Assembly: GCA_028534125.1 (NCBI GenBank)
Contig: CM052817.1
Coordinates: 101,186,001-101,250,000, forward strand
Direction of reading: 5' to 3'
DNA length: 64,000 nucleotides
Origin: Lama glama
Taxonomy: Eukaryota
The position numbers were made by a program, and so were the translations under genes. Below, piece by piece: positions 50,248 to 63,852 of the stretch. Positions within the stretch are counted from its first letter, which is position 1. Each line of letters begins with the position of its first letter. The notes under the pieces are model-generated. The model did not search any database. It had not been told where the DNA came from and saw only the letters and a program-made list of their open reading frames with translations.

Positions 50248-52444
50248 TAAAGAAACCATTTTAAATAGAAAAAATATGCACAGGTGTATGTACAAGGATT
50301 TTTTTTTTGCATTTGTTTATAATATTGTTTTACCCACATTGGAGATTGGTGAAGTAAATTATGCTACAGCCATAAAACAGTATTCTGTGCAACCACACAC
50401 CAAGAAATGGGCTCATAGAACCAAATATTTCCATAAGAGAAGTTGTCCATGATATGTTATTGGGAGGAAGGTAAAAGAAATGATAAACTACTGTTAATTA
50501 TTTTGTTTTGGTAAGCATTGTTTTACGAGTATGTTGGCCTAGAAAACCATCTGGCATGATGCTAAATGGTAATCATTTCTGTGTGGTAGGATAATAGATG
50601 ATAATTGAATTTTTGTAAAGAGTATGTATTGCTTTTGAAACTAGAAAAAAAATGTATATAGTTATAAAGTGACCAAAGGCAGGCAGTGAAGAGCAGGGAG
50701 TTAGAAGAAAATGAACTTAATATGCACATAATGGGTAGTCATGATGGATGAGATCAAAACTATGGAGACTTTCCTGGAAATAACTCAAATGTTAATTTCT
50801 CATTTTTCTCAAATGAAACCAATTTAGTAGGTCTAATGATAAAAACAATCTTTCTTAAATCAGAAAGCACATTAATATGCAGTGGTTGATTTAATCACAT
50901 TGTTAAGAGATCTTTAAAATACATTCCCAAAATGTGTTCCAATTCTATTCTAGCGCTTACTCAAACTTCTTCCAAGGATTTTCATTTGATATAAATTCTG
51001 TCGGGGAGGCACCTGGTTCTCTTCAGAAATCAATCCATACTGAAGAGTGGAGAGTCTGCTGTTCATGACACCACTGGGGCCAGTATTTCAGGCGGATTCT
51101 TGGAAGAAGTGTATCGTTGTGACCGGCATGTCTCAGAAATGTAGACTCACTGCCCCATGCTGTGGTATAGAGTTAATGTCTCTTGTTTGCTTTTAAAATT
51201 TTTTCCTACACTTGTTATCTGGAAGGCAACAGTTTTAGTTATTGGACTAGTTAAGAGGAACTGTGTAGCAGGATGTGCTATTATGGTATACTCTGGTGTA
51301 TGAATTTGGATTTAATTTCACTTGACTATTTGAGGCAGCATTTTTTACTTGCCATTTTTTCTGATGTAATTCAAAATTTTAAAGTATATGCAAATGTATA
51401 TGTATTGATAGGGCATCGTACTAGAAAATGACAGTCCTAAACCACTGCATCCGTAAAGATGTTAATATTGACGAGGGCTCCCTTTAATCCTCCGGCATAA
51501 CATGGACAAAAGCACCAACTTAGTGAAATTTCTCTGTAGCCTCCCAGACAGTCTGTACTGGGTTTAAATGGATGTGGATTTGGATTTCTGAATGGCTGCA
51601 TGTGGCCTCTGCCCACCTAAATACGGTGCACGTGAACCGCATACGTTTCCCCCACGGCGCGGTGCCCGGCGTGAGGGAGGCGCGTGTCTCCGCACCGTCG
51701 GGCACTTTCTCGCCTCATCTCTGCCTCGGAAACAGACGTGCACTTGTGTGACTGTCCATGGAGGCAGCCATGGCGCCTGCAGCTGGGATGTGGATGGTAC
51801 GTCTCAATCCACCGCACAGCAAAATACATGCTGAAGTGAATGGCCTGATTGTAGACGATAACAGAGTCTGCCTTTTAATTAAAGAAGAGGGAGGGGGAGG
51901 AGCAGGAGGAGGAGGAGGAGGGGAGGGGAAGGAGAAGAAAGAGGAGGCAAAACAAGATAAGGTATAATCAAGCCTAGTGCTGAAGTGACTTTCATTCCAA
52001 GTGAAACAAGCAGTTAATCTACATTAATACACAAGTCAGCATCCCCATTACCATCATTTAGGAGAAATGAGAACACAATTTTAAAATCAGTGAGTAGAAT
52101 TTCCAGGTATTCCTTGAGCGCCAGGAATGGCATGTTTAGCCTGACCCCAGCCTGGTAAAGTCCAGGCTAATGGCTGAGGCCAGAGTGGGCTTCGGGGAGG
52201 GAACTGCAAAGCATGGGCTGCATAGATGGATGTTTCCCTTTACCCTGCAGTCCTGCCACGGCAACCTTCAGACACAAGTGGGTCGGCACCAAGCACCTGC
52301 TTCTGGAGTGCTGAACACGTTCACCCACAGGCTAAATTGGAGGCAAGTCCTGGAGCTTTTGTTCCTTTTGGGAAATTTGATGGGCATCAGGGTGGACCTG
52401 GGAGACCTGTTCAGAGATCCTCCATATGATGTACAGATGACAGA

Positions 52445-53092
52445 TGATACAGGAAAAATGAATGTGGGGCAAGAGGATGGCCGTGTCCCAGGTTCTGGCT
52501 GAGCCCCTGGGACATGCCCCGCCAAGCATGGGTCCTTGGCTTTGAGCAGGAAAGAATTCAAGAGGGAGCCACAACTGAGTAAAGGTAGATTTATTTAGAG
52601 AGATACATACTGCATAGCGTGTAGGCTGTCTCAGAAGGTGAGAGAAAGGCCACTAGGTGTGGGGTTTGGGGAATCAGGTTAAAGTAAAAGTAGATACACA
52701 CTCCATGGACCGAGTGCAGGCCGACTCCGAAGAGTCAAGAGGCCTCGACGCGCAGTGTTGCTACTTTTTCCGGGCTCTGTAGCTTCATATGCCAACGAGA
52801 GAACCATTCCAACTACCCTGGGGAAGGGGCTGGGATTTCCAGGAACTGGGTCACTGCCAACTCTTGGAACTTTTATGGTCAGCCTTGAACCTGTTATGGC
52901 ACCTGTGGGAGTGTCATTTGCCATGTTAATACATTACAGTGATCGTATAATGAAGCTCAAGGTCTACTAGAAGTCAAATCTCCCATCATCTTGAGCTTCA
53001 AGGTCTACTGGGAGTCAAATCTTCCACCATTTTGGTGTTAATTGCTCTCATTCCTTGAATGGCTGTCCTCTGCCCGCTTCTTTCTTGTCTCA
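52445..53092 (-). mobile_element. ERV1-class solo LTR
   Basis: TGATACAGGA...TCTTGTCTCA termini; minus-strand AATAAA at ~52590; internal tandem repeats. Confidence 0.8.
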
Positions 53093-53524
53093 CCTACACA
53101 AGGGAGCCCATTCCGGGGTAAAACCAGCAGCTGAGCCCCTCACCCTTGTTCAAGGCCATCCCAGCCTGGAGAAAGGGGCACTTCTTTCTAACGGCACAAA
53201 TCACTGCTGGCGGACTGCTCTAACCAGGTGATGGTGTTGGCTGCTGTAACTGACTCTATCAACAGCCTAAGCAGGTACTAGGCTAAGCCTGTTATGATCT
53301 CAGTTAATACGCATAACCAGCTCATGAAGGGAGTACTACCATTAGCCAATTTTTGTAAATGAGAACACGGAGACCTAGGATAGGTTAAGTGGCTTGTCCA
53401 AGATTGCAAGGGGTGTGGCCTGCTGACACTAGGCAAACATATCCAGCATCTGGGAAGAGTCAGGGTTCCCCATGCCCCGGCAGCCAAATAGAAGCCACCC
53501 TAGATGTTTATCCTGCACGTGCTT

Positions 53525-53650
53525 TTGGTGGGGAGGAGGTAATTAGGTTTTCATTTCTTTCTTTTTTTTTTTCATGGAGGTACTGGGGATTGAATCCAGG
53601 ATCTTGTGCCTGCTAGGCACACACTCTACCCCTGAGCTATGCCTTCTCCG
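53525..53650 (-). mobile_element. tRNA-Ala-derived SINE, long-tail form
   Basis: TSD CACGTGCTT on both sides. Confidence 0.92.
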
Positions 53651-55460
53651 CAACACGTGCTTGATATTTGTGTGGCTCTGTAACCCTCACAGGTCCTCCC
53701 TCAATGCTTTTCACACCGCAGGGATTCCATCAATATGTGTTGAATTAACTAGTGGGAAAAAGATGACACATCTGAGTTCAAGGATAGGAGATTATGGATT
53801 CTGTGACTTTTAAAAGATTTTTCTTTTGGACAATTTCAAAATTACACAAAAGTAGAAAGGAGAGTATAATGAACTTCCACGAGGAATCTAAACCCAGTGT
53901 CAACAGTTACCAACATTTTGCCAGCCGCATCCCTTCCCCGCCAACTTTTTGCTATATTTTGTTTTTTGCTGATGCATTTTAAAGAAATCCCCAGATCTGT
54001 CACTTTACCTATAAATACTCAGGTTGGATGACTAACAGGCAAAGACTTAAAAAACAAGAACAACGTAACTACCATGCAATTATAATACCCAATAACGTTA
54101 CCATTAGTATTTTAATATCTAATACCTCATTCATATTCAAATTGGTTGTCTCAAAGGCATTTTTCATACTTAGATTGTAGAATCAGTAAGGAAATTATGT
54201 GCACATTGCATTTGATTGTCTCTCGTAGTTTTTTCTCTTATAGTCTCACCCATGCCTTGTTTTTTCTTTTTTCTTTGTAAGGTCTTTGGCCTTTATTAGG
54301 TTTTTTTGTTTTTGAACACCTTTATTGTGGTATAATGCTGCTTTTTTAAATGACTTTTTCTTTACCCTTTCCTTCCCTCCTTCCCTCCCTCTTTCTTTCC
54401 TTTCCTTTCCTTTCTTTTCTCTTCTTTTCTTTTTTATTCTTTCTAGAAACCAGGGCATTTGTCTGCTATAGTGATTTTTGACTGACTCTGGAAACATTTC
54501 CTAGAGGGAGTTGACGATTGCCGATTTTCAGTTCTTCTTCCCAGTGTCCTCTGGAACAGTGTCTGTGTTGATGAGATGCCAGGTTAGATCATAATTGCTC
54601 TTTCCGCACACAAATGTGTACTGAATGCCTGCCATGTGCCCGCCCTGTAGGAGATACAGCAGCATCCCCGTGGTGCTAGAACTGGAAGCACACAGAAGGC
54701 AGAGCGCTGATGTCTCCATTTTTAGGTTCAAAGCCCTACAAAAGCAATGGAGGTGACACATCCTCCTGGTGGCCTCAGGAAGGACAGAACCAGAAGTCCC
54801 GCCAGGTAGGAGCACCCGCTCCCTCCCCTTGCCACATCCCTTCTCTCTGCCTTCTGTCCTGGAGAAGCTGGCCTGGAGCCCTGTTCCTCTCTGAGCTCAC
54901 CTGCCATCGGCTATCGCAGCATCCTGCCTGGCAGCCGCAACAGAAACTGTGTTCCTGACAGCTTCCTTCTCAGTGGAAAGGGTCACCCTGACCATGGTTT
55001 TCTTTGTCTTTCTCCTCACGTGGCTGGTGATTCTGAACCAAAGGGACTGCAGTTTGAAGACGTGCCAGCCATGATGCAGACAGTGGTCTTTCCTGAAAGT
55101 GCGGTCAATGCATTGATTTGACAAAAAAGCTACCCTCCCTCCCTGTCCTCTATTCTCTCCAGGTGCCTGGAGACTCCAGGCTCAGGCCTGAGACCCAAGT
55201 TCAATGGAGAGACAAGGCACATAAACATCTAGGCCAGTGAGGTTAATTGTGGGGCTTCCCTGGCTTCTCAGCAGATCCCTTAGAGTGTCTGAAGGAAAGG
55301 ACCTGTCAGCTCACTTCTCAGGCTGGCTTCCCCCCAGCACACACCCACAGAGGGTGGCAGCCAGCCGGGCACCACCCTAATTCCTCAATAACAGTTTCCC
55401 AGGAGCAGGGCGATCATCTCTGCCTCTTAGTTAATTTCATCGATTAAAAAATCCTATTTC

Positions 55461-55622
55461 GGCAGGGAGGGTACAGTTCAAGTGGTAAAGCACATACTTA
55501 GCATGCCTGAGGTCCTGGGTTCAATTACCAGTGCTTCCTCTAAAAACAAATAAATAAATAAACCTAATTACCTCCCCCCTCAACAAAAAAATAAAATTTT
55601 AAAAAAAGAATAAAATAAAAAT
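55461..55622 (+). mobile_element. tRNA-Ala-derived SINE, long-tail form
   Basis: 15-bp TSD AAAAAATCCTATTTC. Confidence 0.93.
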
Positions 55623-56635
55623 AAAAAATCCTATTTCTTTCCCTATAAAATGCAAGGAATTAACTGATGCCTCAAGAGTAAGCTCAGTGAAGATGCAGAG
55701 GGCTCTGCTGTGCATCAGCACTGGGCCGTCAGCAAGCCTCATTCTTGCTGTAAAGACCTACGCTGGAAATAAACCCTCAGGGAGGAATAAATCGTACCTC
55801 CTAAGTCACCCTTATCAAATGCATTCATGATATTGATTGCTACTACATCTGAACAAAATGCAACGGCTGTTTAATGGCTGGTTACATCCAGGAGGCTTAA
55901 GTGATCCCAGTTTCCACCTCTTTGTCAAGTGCACGTGCAATTTTTCCCAGTGTATAGAGTCCATTAGGCAATTATGGGAAACAGGGTGCACGACGGGGTG
56001 AGCTCCACTCTTGACTGCTGCTTAGGTGAGAATTTCTAACACTGCAGTTACCGTGGTCTCACTGTGTCTGGGACAGACTGGGACAGACAGAACTCCTGGA
56101 AGCAGGAAGGGGCAGAACAGGGGAAGGGGGTGTGGGGAGATCTAGGGAAACTCGTGGGGTGGGGGGGGCGCTGCATTCAGGGGCCTAGAATTGACCCTGA
56201 CAGCAGGAGAATGCCAGGTTTGTCAGTTAGTAAAGAGGTAGAAGTGACAGTAGCTGAACACAAAAACGATGTGATTTCTTTTTAATTTGTATTTTTCTTT
56301 TTTCTTTCTTCTTCTTTTTTTTTTTAAAGAAATACACCCTTAAAAATGGTTATCTGAGACTTGACAAATACATATATGATTCTGATTGGATCCTGGACTG
56401 GAAAAGACATTATTGGGACAATTGGTGAAATTGGACTATGAACAATAGATTAAGTAATAGTATTCAACTGGTGGTGAAATTCCTGAATTTGGTGACTGTG
56501 GTTTTGTGGGAGCTCTTGTTCTGTTCACATCAGAGTATGCAAGATTAAAGGGGCACAATGTACACGGTTACTTCTAAATGGGTTACAAATTGTGTGCAAA
56601 GAGAAAGTGAGACAGAGAGGTTAAGAATAATAAAA

Positions 56636-56840
56636 CACAGTGATTCAGTTGTACATATATATATTCTTTTTCAGCTTCTTCTCCACTATAGGTATAACAA
56701 GCCATTGAATATAGTTCCCTGTGCTGTACAGTAAGTCCTTGTTGTTTATCTATTTTATATGTAGTAGTTTGTATCTGCTAATCCCAAACACCATAAACTA
56801 ATACAGCATTATAAATCAATTATATTTCAATTTTAAAAAA
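56636..56840 (+). mobile_element. 5'-inverted (twin-primed) short L1 insertion inside an ancient L1M 3' end (~56360-56970)
   Basis: Antisense 3' UTR segment 56636-56790 followed by the sense terminal segment and A tail; degenerate TSD. Confidence 0.75.
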
Positions 56841-58080
56841 AGAAGGATAAGGCAAACGTGGCAAAATGTTAAGAAATTGGTAAATCTGGATGCAGGGTAC
56901 ACCAGAATTCTCGTTGCACGTACTATTCATGCAACTTTTCTGTACGCTTAAAATTATTTCCCAGTAAAAAGATGTTTAGGTGCTAGCTATTATATTAGCT
57001 AAGGCTTAATTCAGCTGTAACTGCAAACCCACAATAGCTTAACAAAAGGAAAATGTATTTGCCTCTCGGGTGAAAGGAATCCAGAGGTCATCAAGTTGTC
57101 AGGGTCTAGGGGTCCACTGCTTACGTTTTGGGGGTACCCTCAGTAACTGGCCTCCACCTCTTGAACTACAAAGGCTGCTTAAGCACCAGCCATTTCCCTT
57201 ATTTTTGCAGCAGGAAAGGAAGGGCTTGGAGAGGAGAATGGGGGAAACAAAAGGGCCCATGTCAGCTGTCCTAAAGTTTCCTGGAAGCTGTCACTCAGTG
57301 TTTCCACGTACATCTCATTGGTCAAAACATAATCCTGTGGCCATAGTTCCTGCAAGAGGACCTATGAAATGAAGTCTTTATTACAGGTATTCCTGGATCC
57401 ACTTAAAAATCAGGGCCTCTAGTATATGGAGCAAAGGGAGAATGGCAGGAGGGCAAATAAATCAGCAGCCTCTACCAAATGAGGTCACTTTACAGACACA
57501 GCTTCTGCCCTTGAACTTGTGGCCCAAGGGCCCAGCTAGACATCAGGCTAGCCCTCCTGACTATGATTCAGGAATGCGGTAGGTGATGTGTGCAAGCTGT
57601 AGATGCTACAACTCTCTGCTACTTCACACAGCGCTCCACCACCACCCCAGCCCTGCTCAGCCAAACTGGGTTTGCAGGAGACTCACCTACCGATGACCAG
57701 TTCCTCTACTTGTTGAAGATTAATCTTTCAAATGGCTTTGGTCTAAGAAGATAGACTATTAAAAAAAAATAGCGGAAGAGACTATCTCGAGTCAAAATAA
57801 AGACTCTAATGCCTTCTGGCTGCCTCACATGCTTACAGGGAAACAAGTCATTTATTTTGTAATTGATGGAAGGTAAAAAGGCCTGTTTTGTGAGAAAGCT
57901 TGCTATGCTAAAAGCAGTTTTTATAGTTCCTTGAGATGTTGGCTTTGAAGCAAGAGGAATACAACATGATTTGGGGTCAAAGTTGAGGATTATGTATACT
58001 ATAATCTTCTGTTAGAGGTTTACAATACATAATAATCCACTAAAGGCTCAGAGAAGTCCTGGAGTAAGGAAGTCTGTTTA

Positions 58081-58827
58081 TTTTTTTTAACACCTTTATT
58101 GTGGTACAGTTCCTGTACAGTAGACTACATATACTTCAAATATGTGAATTTTAATAGATGTATACACCAATGAAACCACCACCACAATCAAGATGGCTAG
58201 TATTTCCATCACTCTCCATGACGTGCAATTTTCAAATTCCCAATTTATCCCTTCCCATCCCCTTTACCCACGGGTAACCATAAGTTTGTTGTCTATGTCT
58301 GTGAGTCTGTTTCTGTTTGTAAATAAGTTCATTTGTGTCTTTTTCTTAGATTCCACATATAAGTGACATCATATGATATTTTTCTTTCTCTTTCTGACTT
58401 GCTTCACTTAGAATGACAATCTCCAGGTCTATCCATGTTGCTGCAAGTGGCATTATTTTATTCTTTTTTTATGGCTGAGTAGTATTCCATTGTATATGTA
58501 TATGCCACAGCTTCTTTATCCAGTCATCTGTTGATGGACATTTAGGTAGTTTCCATGTCTTGGCTGTTGTCAATAGTGCTGCTATGAACATTGGGGTGCA
58601 TGTGTCTTTCTGAATTATATTTTTCTGTGGGTATATGCCCAGGAGTGGGATTGCTGGATCATACGGTAAGTCTATTTTTACTTTTTTAAGGAACCTACAT
58701 ACTGTACTCCATAATGACTGCACCAGTTTACATTTCCACCAGCAGTGTAGGAGGGTTCCCTCTTCTCCACACCTTCTCCAGCATTTATTGTTTGTGGACT
58801 TTTTAGTGATGGCCATTCTCACTGGTG
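58081..58827 (-). mobile_element. L1 3' fragment with type B tail
   Basis: ORF 58469-58822 includes the ORF2p CCHC region ([19 protein letters not shown]); perfect 15-bp TSD AAGGAAGTCTGTTTA. Confidence 0.97.
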
Positions 58828-59328
58828 AAGGAAGTCTGTTTAATTCGGAGTCCCCAGACTTCTTGTTGCCAATTTTTTTTTTTTCCTCCTGTCTCTTATT
58901 TGCTTCTCCTCCATGGAGCCTACCTTGGAAAATACTGTGTCAAGAATGCTTTTGAGTCATGAAGCCCTAACTAAGCTGTCTTTAGCTTTGTTCTCATAGA
59001 GTGATTCTGGATGCTGCTGGTATATATTATTCAGAAAATGGGGTGTAAGTCATTGCTTGAGCATAATGACAAGATTTTTTTAGATGACTGAATGAGGAAG
59101 CAAATGGAAGCTGCAGGCCCATGGGAAAAGGTGGGTTGACACCTGAGTGGTTTTTAAGGGATGCACAGGAAACCAACATCTTGTTTGTGGCAGTATCACA
59201 GCGAGGCTATGGGAGTAAAGTTCAGGCATTGATTGTCAGTAAGCCCACCAGGCACTAGAACGGAGGAAGCCACGGCTGTGTTTAGGATGCCTCTTTATGG
59301 GGAAGACCCTTTATTTGTAAGAATTTCA

Positions 59329-59949
59329 CTATGGAAGACAGTATGGAGGTTCCTTAAAAAACTAAAAATAAACTTACCACATGATCTAGCAATCCCACTC
59401 CTGGGCATATATCCAGAGAAAAATATAATTCAGAAAGCCACATGTACCCCAGTGCTCATAGCAGCACTATTTACAATAGCCAAGACATGGAAACAACCTA
59501 AATGTCCCTTGACAGATGACTGAATAAAGAAGTTGTGGAATACTACCCAGCCATAAAAAAGAATAAAATAATGCCATTTGCAGCAACATGGATGGACCTG
59601 GAGATCATCATTCTAAGAGAAGTAAGCTAGAAAGAGAAAAATACCATATGATAGCACTTGTATGTGGAATCTGAAAAAAAGGACACAAACTTATTTACAA
59701 AACAGAAGCAGACTCACAGACGTAGAAAACAATCTTATGGTTACCAGGGGGTAAAGGGGGTGGGAAGGGATAAATTGGGAGTTTGAAAATTGCACCTCCT
59801 GGGGAGTGATGGAAATGTGAGCTATCTTGATTGTGGTGGTGATTTCATAGGTGTATACATCTATCAAAATTCATCAAGTTGTACATCTGAAATATGTGTA
59901 GTTTACTCTACAGGAATCATATCACAATAAAGGTGTTTAAAAAAAAAAA
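59329..59949 (+). mobile_element. L1 3' fragment with type B tail
   Basis: [21 protein letters not shown]2p motif; TSD AAGAATTTCA / AAGACTTTCA. Confidence 0.95.
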
Positions 59950-60592
59950 GACTTTCATCAAGATTTATAATGGTTAACAGGAAAAGCAACTAAGTCCTGC
60001 AGTTCTCTTCCAAACCGTGTCAGATTTTCAGAATACATACAAAATTAAGTTTTATTTAAGCCAGTGAGGAGATGAGAACAGGTATTTTCCCTTTGCATTT
60101 GAAACCTGCAGTGAATAAATGGATTTGCTTTATCTTCAGAAAGTTAACTGATAACACGGTGCCCTTGCCTCTGGGAAGGGAACTAAACAGGAGTAATACT
60201 TGGTCTTCAGTAAATGAATAGCCCCATTAACTCCAAGCATTTTTGGTACATGTTAAATAATTTTGTTTTATAGTAATAAATAGAGTAAGGCTTTCTTTTG
60301 TGATGCTCGCGGCACATTTCCCATGCCATCTCATTAGCTGTTACCATACCCCAAGGATTGGGTATTGTTAGAAACAGAGAAACAATGCTCTAGACAACCT
60401 CGAGCCTTGCAGCTAATTGGGACTTGGCTGGGAGGGGAGGCAGGGCTCCCGGTCTCAAGTCTTAGCTGTCGGAGCAGAAAGCTTTTGAAAGGCAAGTTTT
60501 CGGGGTTGTAGTCTTGCCCAGAAATTTAAAAAAAAAGTCCTTTAAGAAAAATAATAGTTCCTGCTAGCTCCTGGGCATCTTTGAGATTACTG

Positions 60593-60618
60593 CATTCATT
60601 CATTCATTCATTCATTCA
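60593..60618. repeat. (CATT)n tetranucleotide tail of an antisense L2
   Basis: CATTCATT repeats followed by CCAGGCATTGTCCTAAGCGCTGGGGAT. Confidence 0.8.
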
Positions 60619-62089
60619 GTAATTACACGTCTGGTGCCCACTTATCCCAGGCATTGTCCTAAGCGCTGGGGATGCCCTGCCCTCAGAGATGTGCCTGTCA
60701 CTGGTCCCAAGTGTCACAAAGGGCCCTCGGCGGGGTAGAAGGTGATAAGGGCTGAGGAAGAGGACCTCAGGAGAATGAACATTTATAGTTGTACGAAAAT
60801 AGCAACAGGAGCCAACTCTTACATACTGAGCCTCGCACTGGTCCCAGTCCTGACTTGTGTGTGCGCATCACAACCCTTGGAAGTGGATCCTGTGACTAAG
60901 TCTGTTTCACAGACGAGGACCTAGAGGCCCACAGTGGTTCAGTGATGTGCCCAAGTCCTGCAGAAGAGGTGGGGTACTGTCCAGGCAGTTCGCACTAACC
61001 ATTTCGCTGAACTGCCTCTCTAAAAAGCCTTTAAGAAGCAGGCTGGAGAAAGGAGGCCATTCTGGAGGCCCCATGAGCTCTGATCACAAGTGCCAGGCTA
61101 AGGGAGCAGGTGTAGCATGCCAGGCAGGGACCACAGGGCCAAGGTTGGGATAGTCACTGGGCAGAGTAAGGGCTCTCCTCGCCCCCAGCTGACACAGCAG
61201 GCTGACTTACTCCAAACAAAGACCTACCAGATGGTGAAAGGCTCGTGGCCCTGCACTCTGCCACCTCCCAGTCTGAAGGCGACTCTAGCTTTCAAACCGC
61301 CCTCCCCCACCCAGAAGAAGACAAGGCCAGGATGCAAAAAGGGGGTGTGTGGCAGTGGCGAGTCCTGGCACCCTTCCCCTCTTGTTTGGACTCCACCCCA
61401 GCCACCCCGTAGGTAGCCCTGGGCTGGAGGGGGCACACACAGGGCATCCTGCTTCCTTAGGGCCGTCAGATGTCTGTTGGCTGCCTGCCCCTTTTGTGGT
61501 CCAGCTCATGACCCTTCCTCTCCTCAGGTGATGCTGCGGCTCCTGTGCTGAGGAAGGTGCTGCAGAGGTGTTAGAAGACATGGGTTTCTGCTCTCTGAAC
61601 ATCTGTTTCCTATCCTGCGGGCCTGGCACCGGAGCTCTTTGTTTTTAGAAATGGGCGTGGGCAAGAAAACAGTGTTACTGCATCCTAATGACCAGCTGTG
61701 CTTCATCCAGGCCTCTGACACCTTCTGGTCTTTGAAGAAAAAGCCAGGGAAGGGCTGGGAAGGCTCCCTACCCACTACAGTCCATTGAGGGCTCACAGCA
61801 GCCCATTTCACAGGTGAGGAAACTGAGGCCCTTGGACAGATAAGAAGTGATGGAAGGAGATGAGGAAGGAGTTCTTTGGTTCAGAATCAGAAGTGAAGCC
61901 AAAGGGGCACAGGTGCCTGAACCGTTGTATTTGCAGACACTGAGTGTTTTTGACATCAGAACTTGGACGTGGTGAAGAGACTAGAGTCCAAGACAGCCTT
62001 CTTGATGTGACTGCCCTTCTCCAAGGGCCTTAGAGGGAAAAAGACGTGAGAGGTGGTGTAGGGTCATGGCTGAGGGTGGGAAGTTCAAG

Positions 62090-62270
62090 CCTGCATCTGC
62101 CACTTCTCAGCCGCGTGACTATGGGCAACATGTGCCTGTGACTCAGTTTTCTCATCTGTGAATAGGACGCACCTGGTAGGGCTGTTTTGAGGGTTAAGTG
62201 AGCTATTCCACGATAGTAAAAGCAGAGAGCATGGCCCTGCCCAACAGCAGGCACCCACTCAGTGTTGGCG
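62090..62270 (+). mobile_element. MIR
   Basis: GTGACTATGGGCAA...CTCAGTTTTCTCATCTGTGAATAGG core. Confidence 0.75.
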
Positions 62271-63303
62271 TTTTGGACAAGAGTTCATTTCTGGTATTCA
62301 GGGTGCACACAATATAGAATGGTTTATTTTATAATTTTGTGGATTTCTCCCCAAATCCATGAGGTATTTCAGAATACTTTTTAATTCTTGAGTGAAATTA
62401 TAAAAATTGTTACTGTCCTCCAGTCCTGTTGGCCTCTTTGCGTTCCTCATTCCCACAACGTAGCTCAGGGCTGCTCTGTCCTCTGCTTCGGGTTTTCTCC
62501 TTCGCCTCCTCAAGATGCACTTCCTGCCCCTGGATCCTCTATGGCATCACCCTGCTTAGCCGCCCAGAGCCTCTGTCCAAGCCTGTGATCTCCTTATTGT
62601 CTGATTTCCCCAGGGAGTTGTTCATAGCTGTATTTCCAACAGCCCGTGTGGCACCTGGAACAGAATAAAGGTTTGATGAATGAATGAATGCATGAATGGC
62701 CCCAAAGCCTGAGCCCCACCACGTGATGCTGCCTCGGATGCCACCTGCTCCGGAGCCCTTCCGGCCTGTACTGGTGCAGAGCCACCCGCTCTCTGAACAC
62801 ACAGCCCTCGTGTCTGCGCCGGCCCCTGGGAGATGTCGCCGGGGCTGCTTCTCATCCCTCAGGCTTGTCCTGATGATTTAACAGTTGCATTATTTCCCAC
62901 GCCCATGATGAGGCTCCATGGCCCCAGTAGAATGATAAATGTTCCTAGAGGGCACGTATTGTGTGAAGTAGAAGAAAAAGACACCTGCTGAGGGTGTCTG
63001 CAAGGGGTGGAGGAGGGCTGCATGGAGAAAGTGACAAAAGTTGGAAAGGGACGGGGATCATGTCCACAGCCCCAGCTCCGCCATCGGTGCAGTGAATCCT
63101 GCTAAGGGGTGGGGAAGGATTGTCCAGATGGCTGTAGGGGAAGGGAGCGGGTGATGTGGTATCAGGGCCAGATCAATGCACGAGTTTGCAACCGTGTTAG
63201 GAAGCCCAGCCAAGGGAGAGGACTTGGAGTGCGGGGGCTTGGTCTGTGGGTGAGAAAGAACCTAGGGCACCCCTGTGAACGAATAAACAAGAAGATGGTC
63301 AGA

Positions 63304-63483
63304 ATAGATAAAAAACAAATTTCTTCTGTATAGCACAGGGAACTATATTCAGTATCTTGTAATAACCTATAATGAAAAAGAATATGAAAACTAATATAAG
63401 TATGTATATGTATGACTGAACATTATGGTGTACATCAGAAATTCACACATTGCAACTGACTATACTTCATTTAAAAAAAAAAA
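63304..63483 (+). mobile_element. Short young L1 3' end
   Basis: TSD AAGATGGTC(A/G)GA; poly-A tail. Confidence 0.92.
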
Positions 63484-63852
63484 AGATGGTCGGAGATTAG
63501 CAATGAGAACCCTCCCCCCTTCCCCAAGCAGAGAGGAGCATCACTTGCAGGTGTGGGTCAGACGGCCATACGGAACTTTCAGCGATGTGTTCTCTCTAGT
63601 TCCAGCTGCACCACATTGGTCAGTCTTATCTTGGGCAAGTTTAACTGTTCTGAGCTTCACATTCTTCATCTGCAAAGGGAGGATGACAATGGCCGACCTC
63701 ACAGAGAGTCAGTAGGAGCGTCAGTGTAAAGCACGCAGCACTGCTCAATACTGTGAAAGCTGGGCTGCGCAGTGCTAGCTTCCAGGGCACAGTGGGTGAA
63801 CCAGGGGCCTTTTCCCTTGGGCCGGGGGCCCCCCCACAGAGGGCAGGGAGGG

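Noticed and set aside
50961..51160. Coding exon or processed pseudogene
   Set aside because: Stops in all three minus-strand frames and no recognisable peptide; kept only as a structural observation.
58469..58822. 117-aa ORF with Cys/His motif as a host gene
   Set aside because: It is the L1 ORF2p C-terminus in a truncated insertion with a 15-bp TSD.
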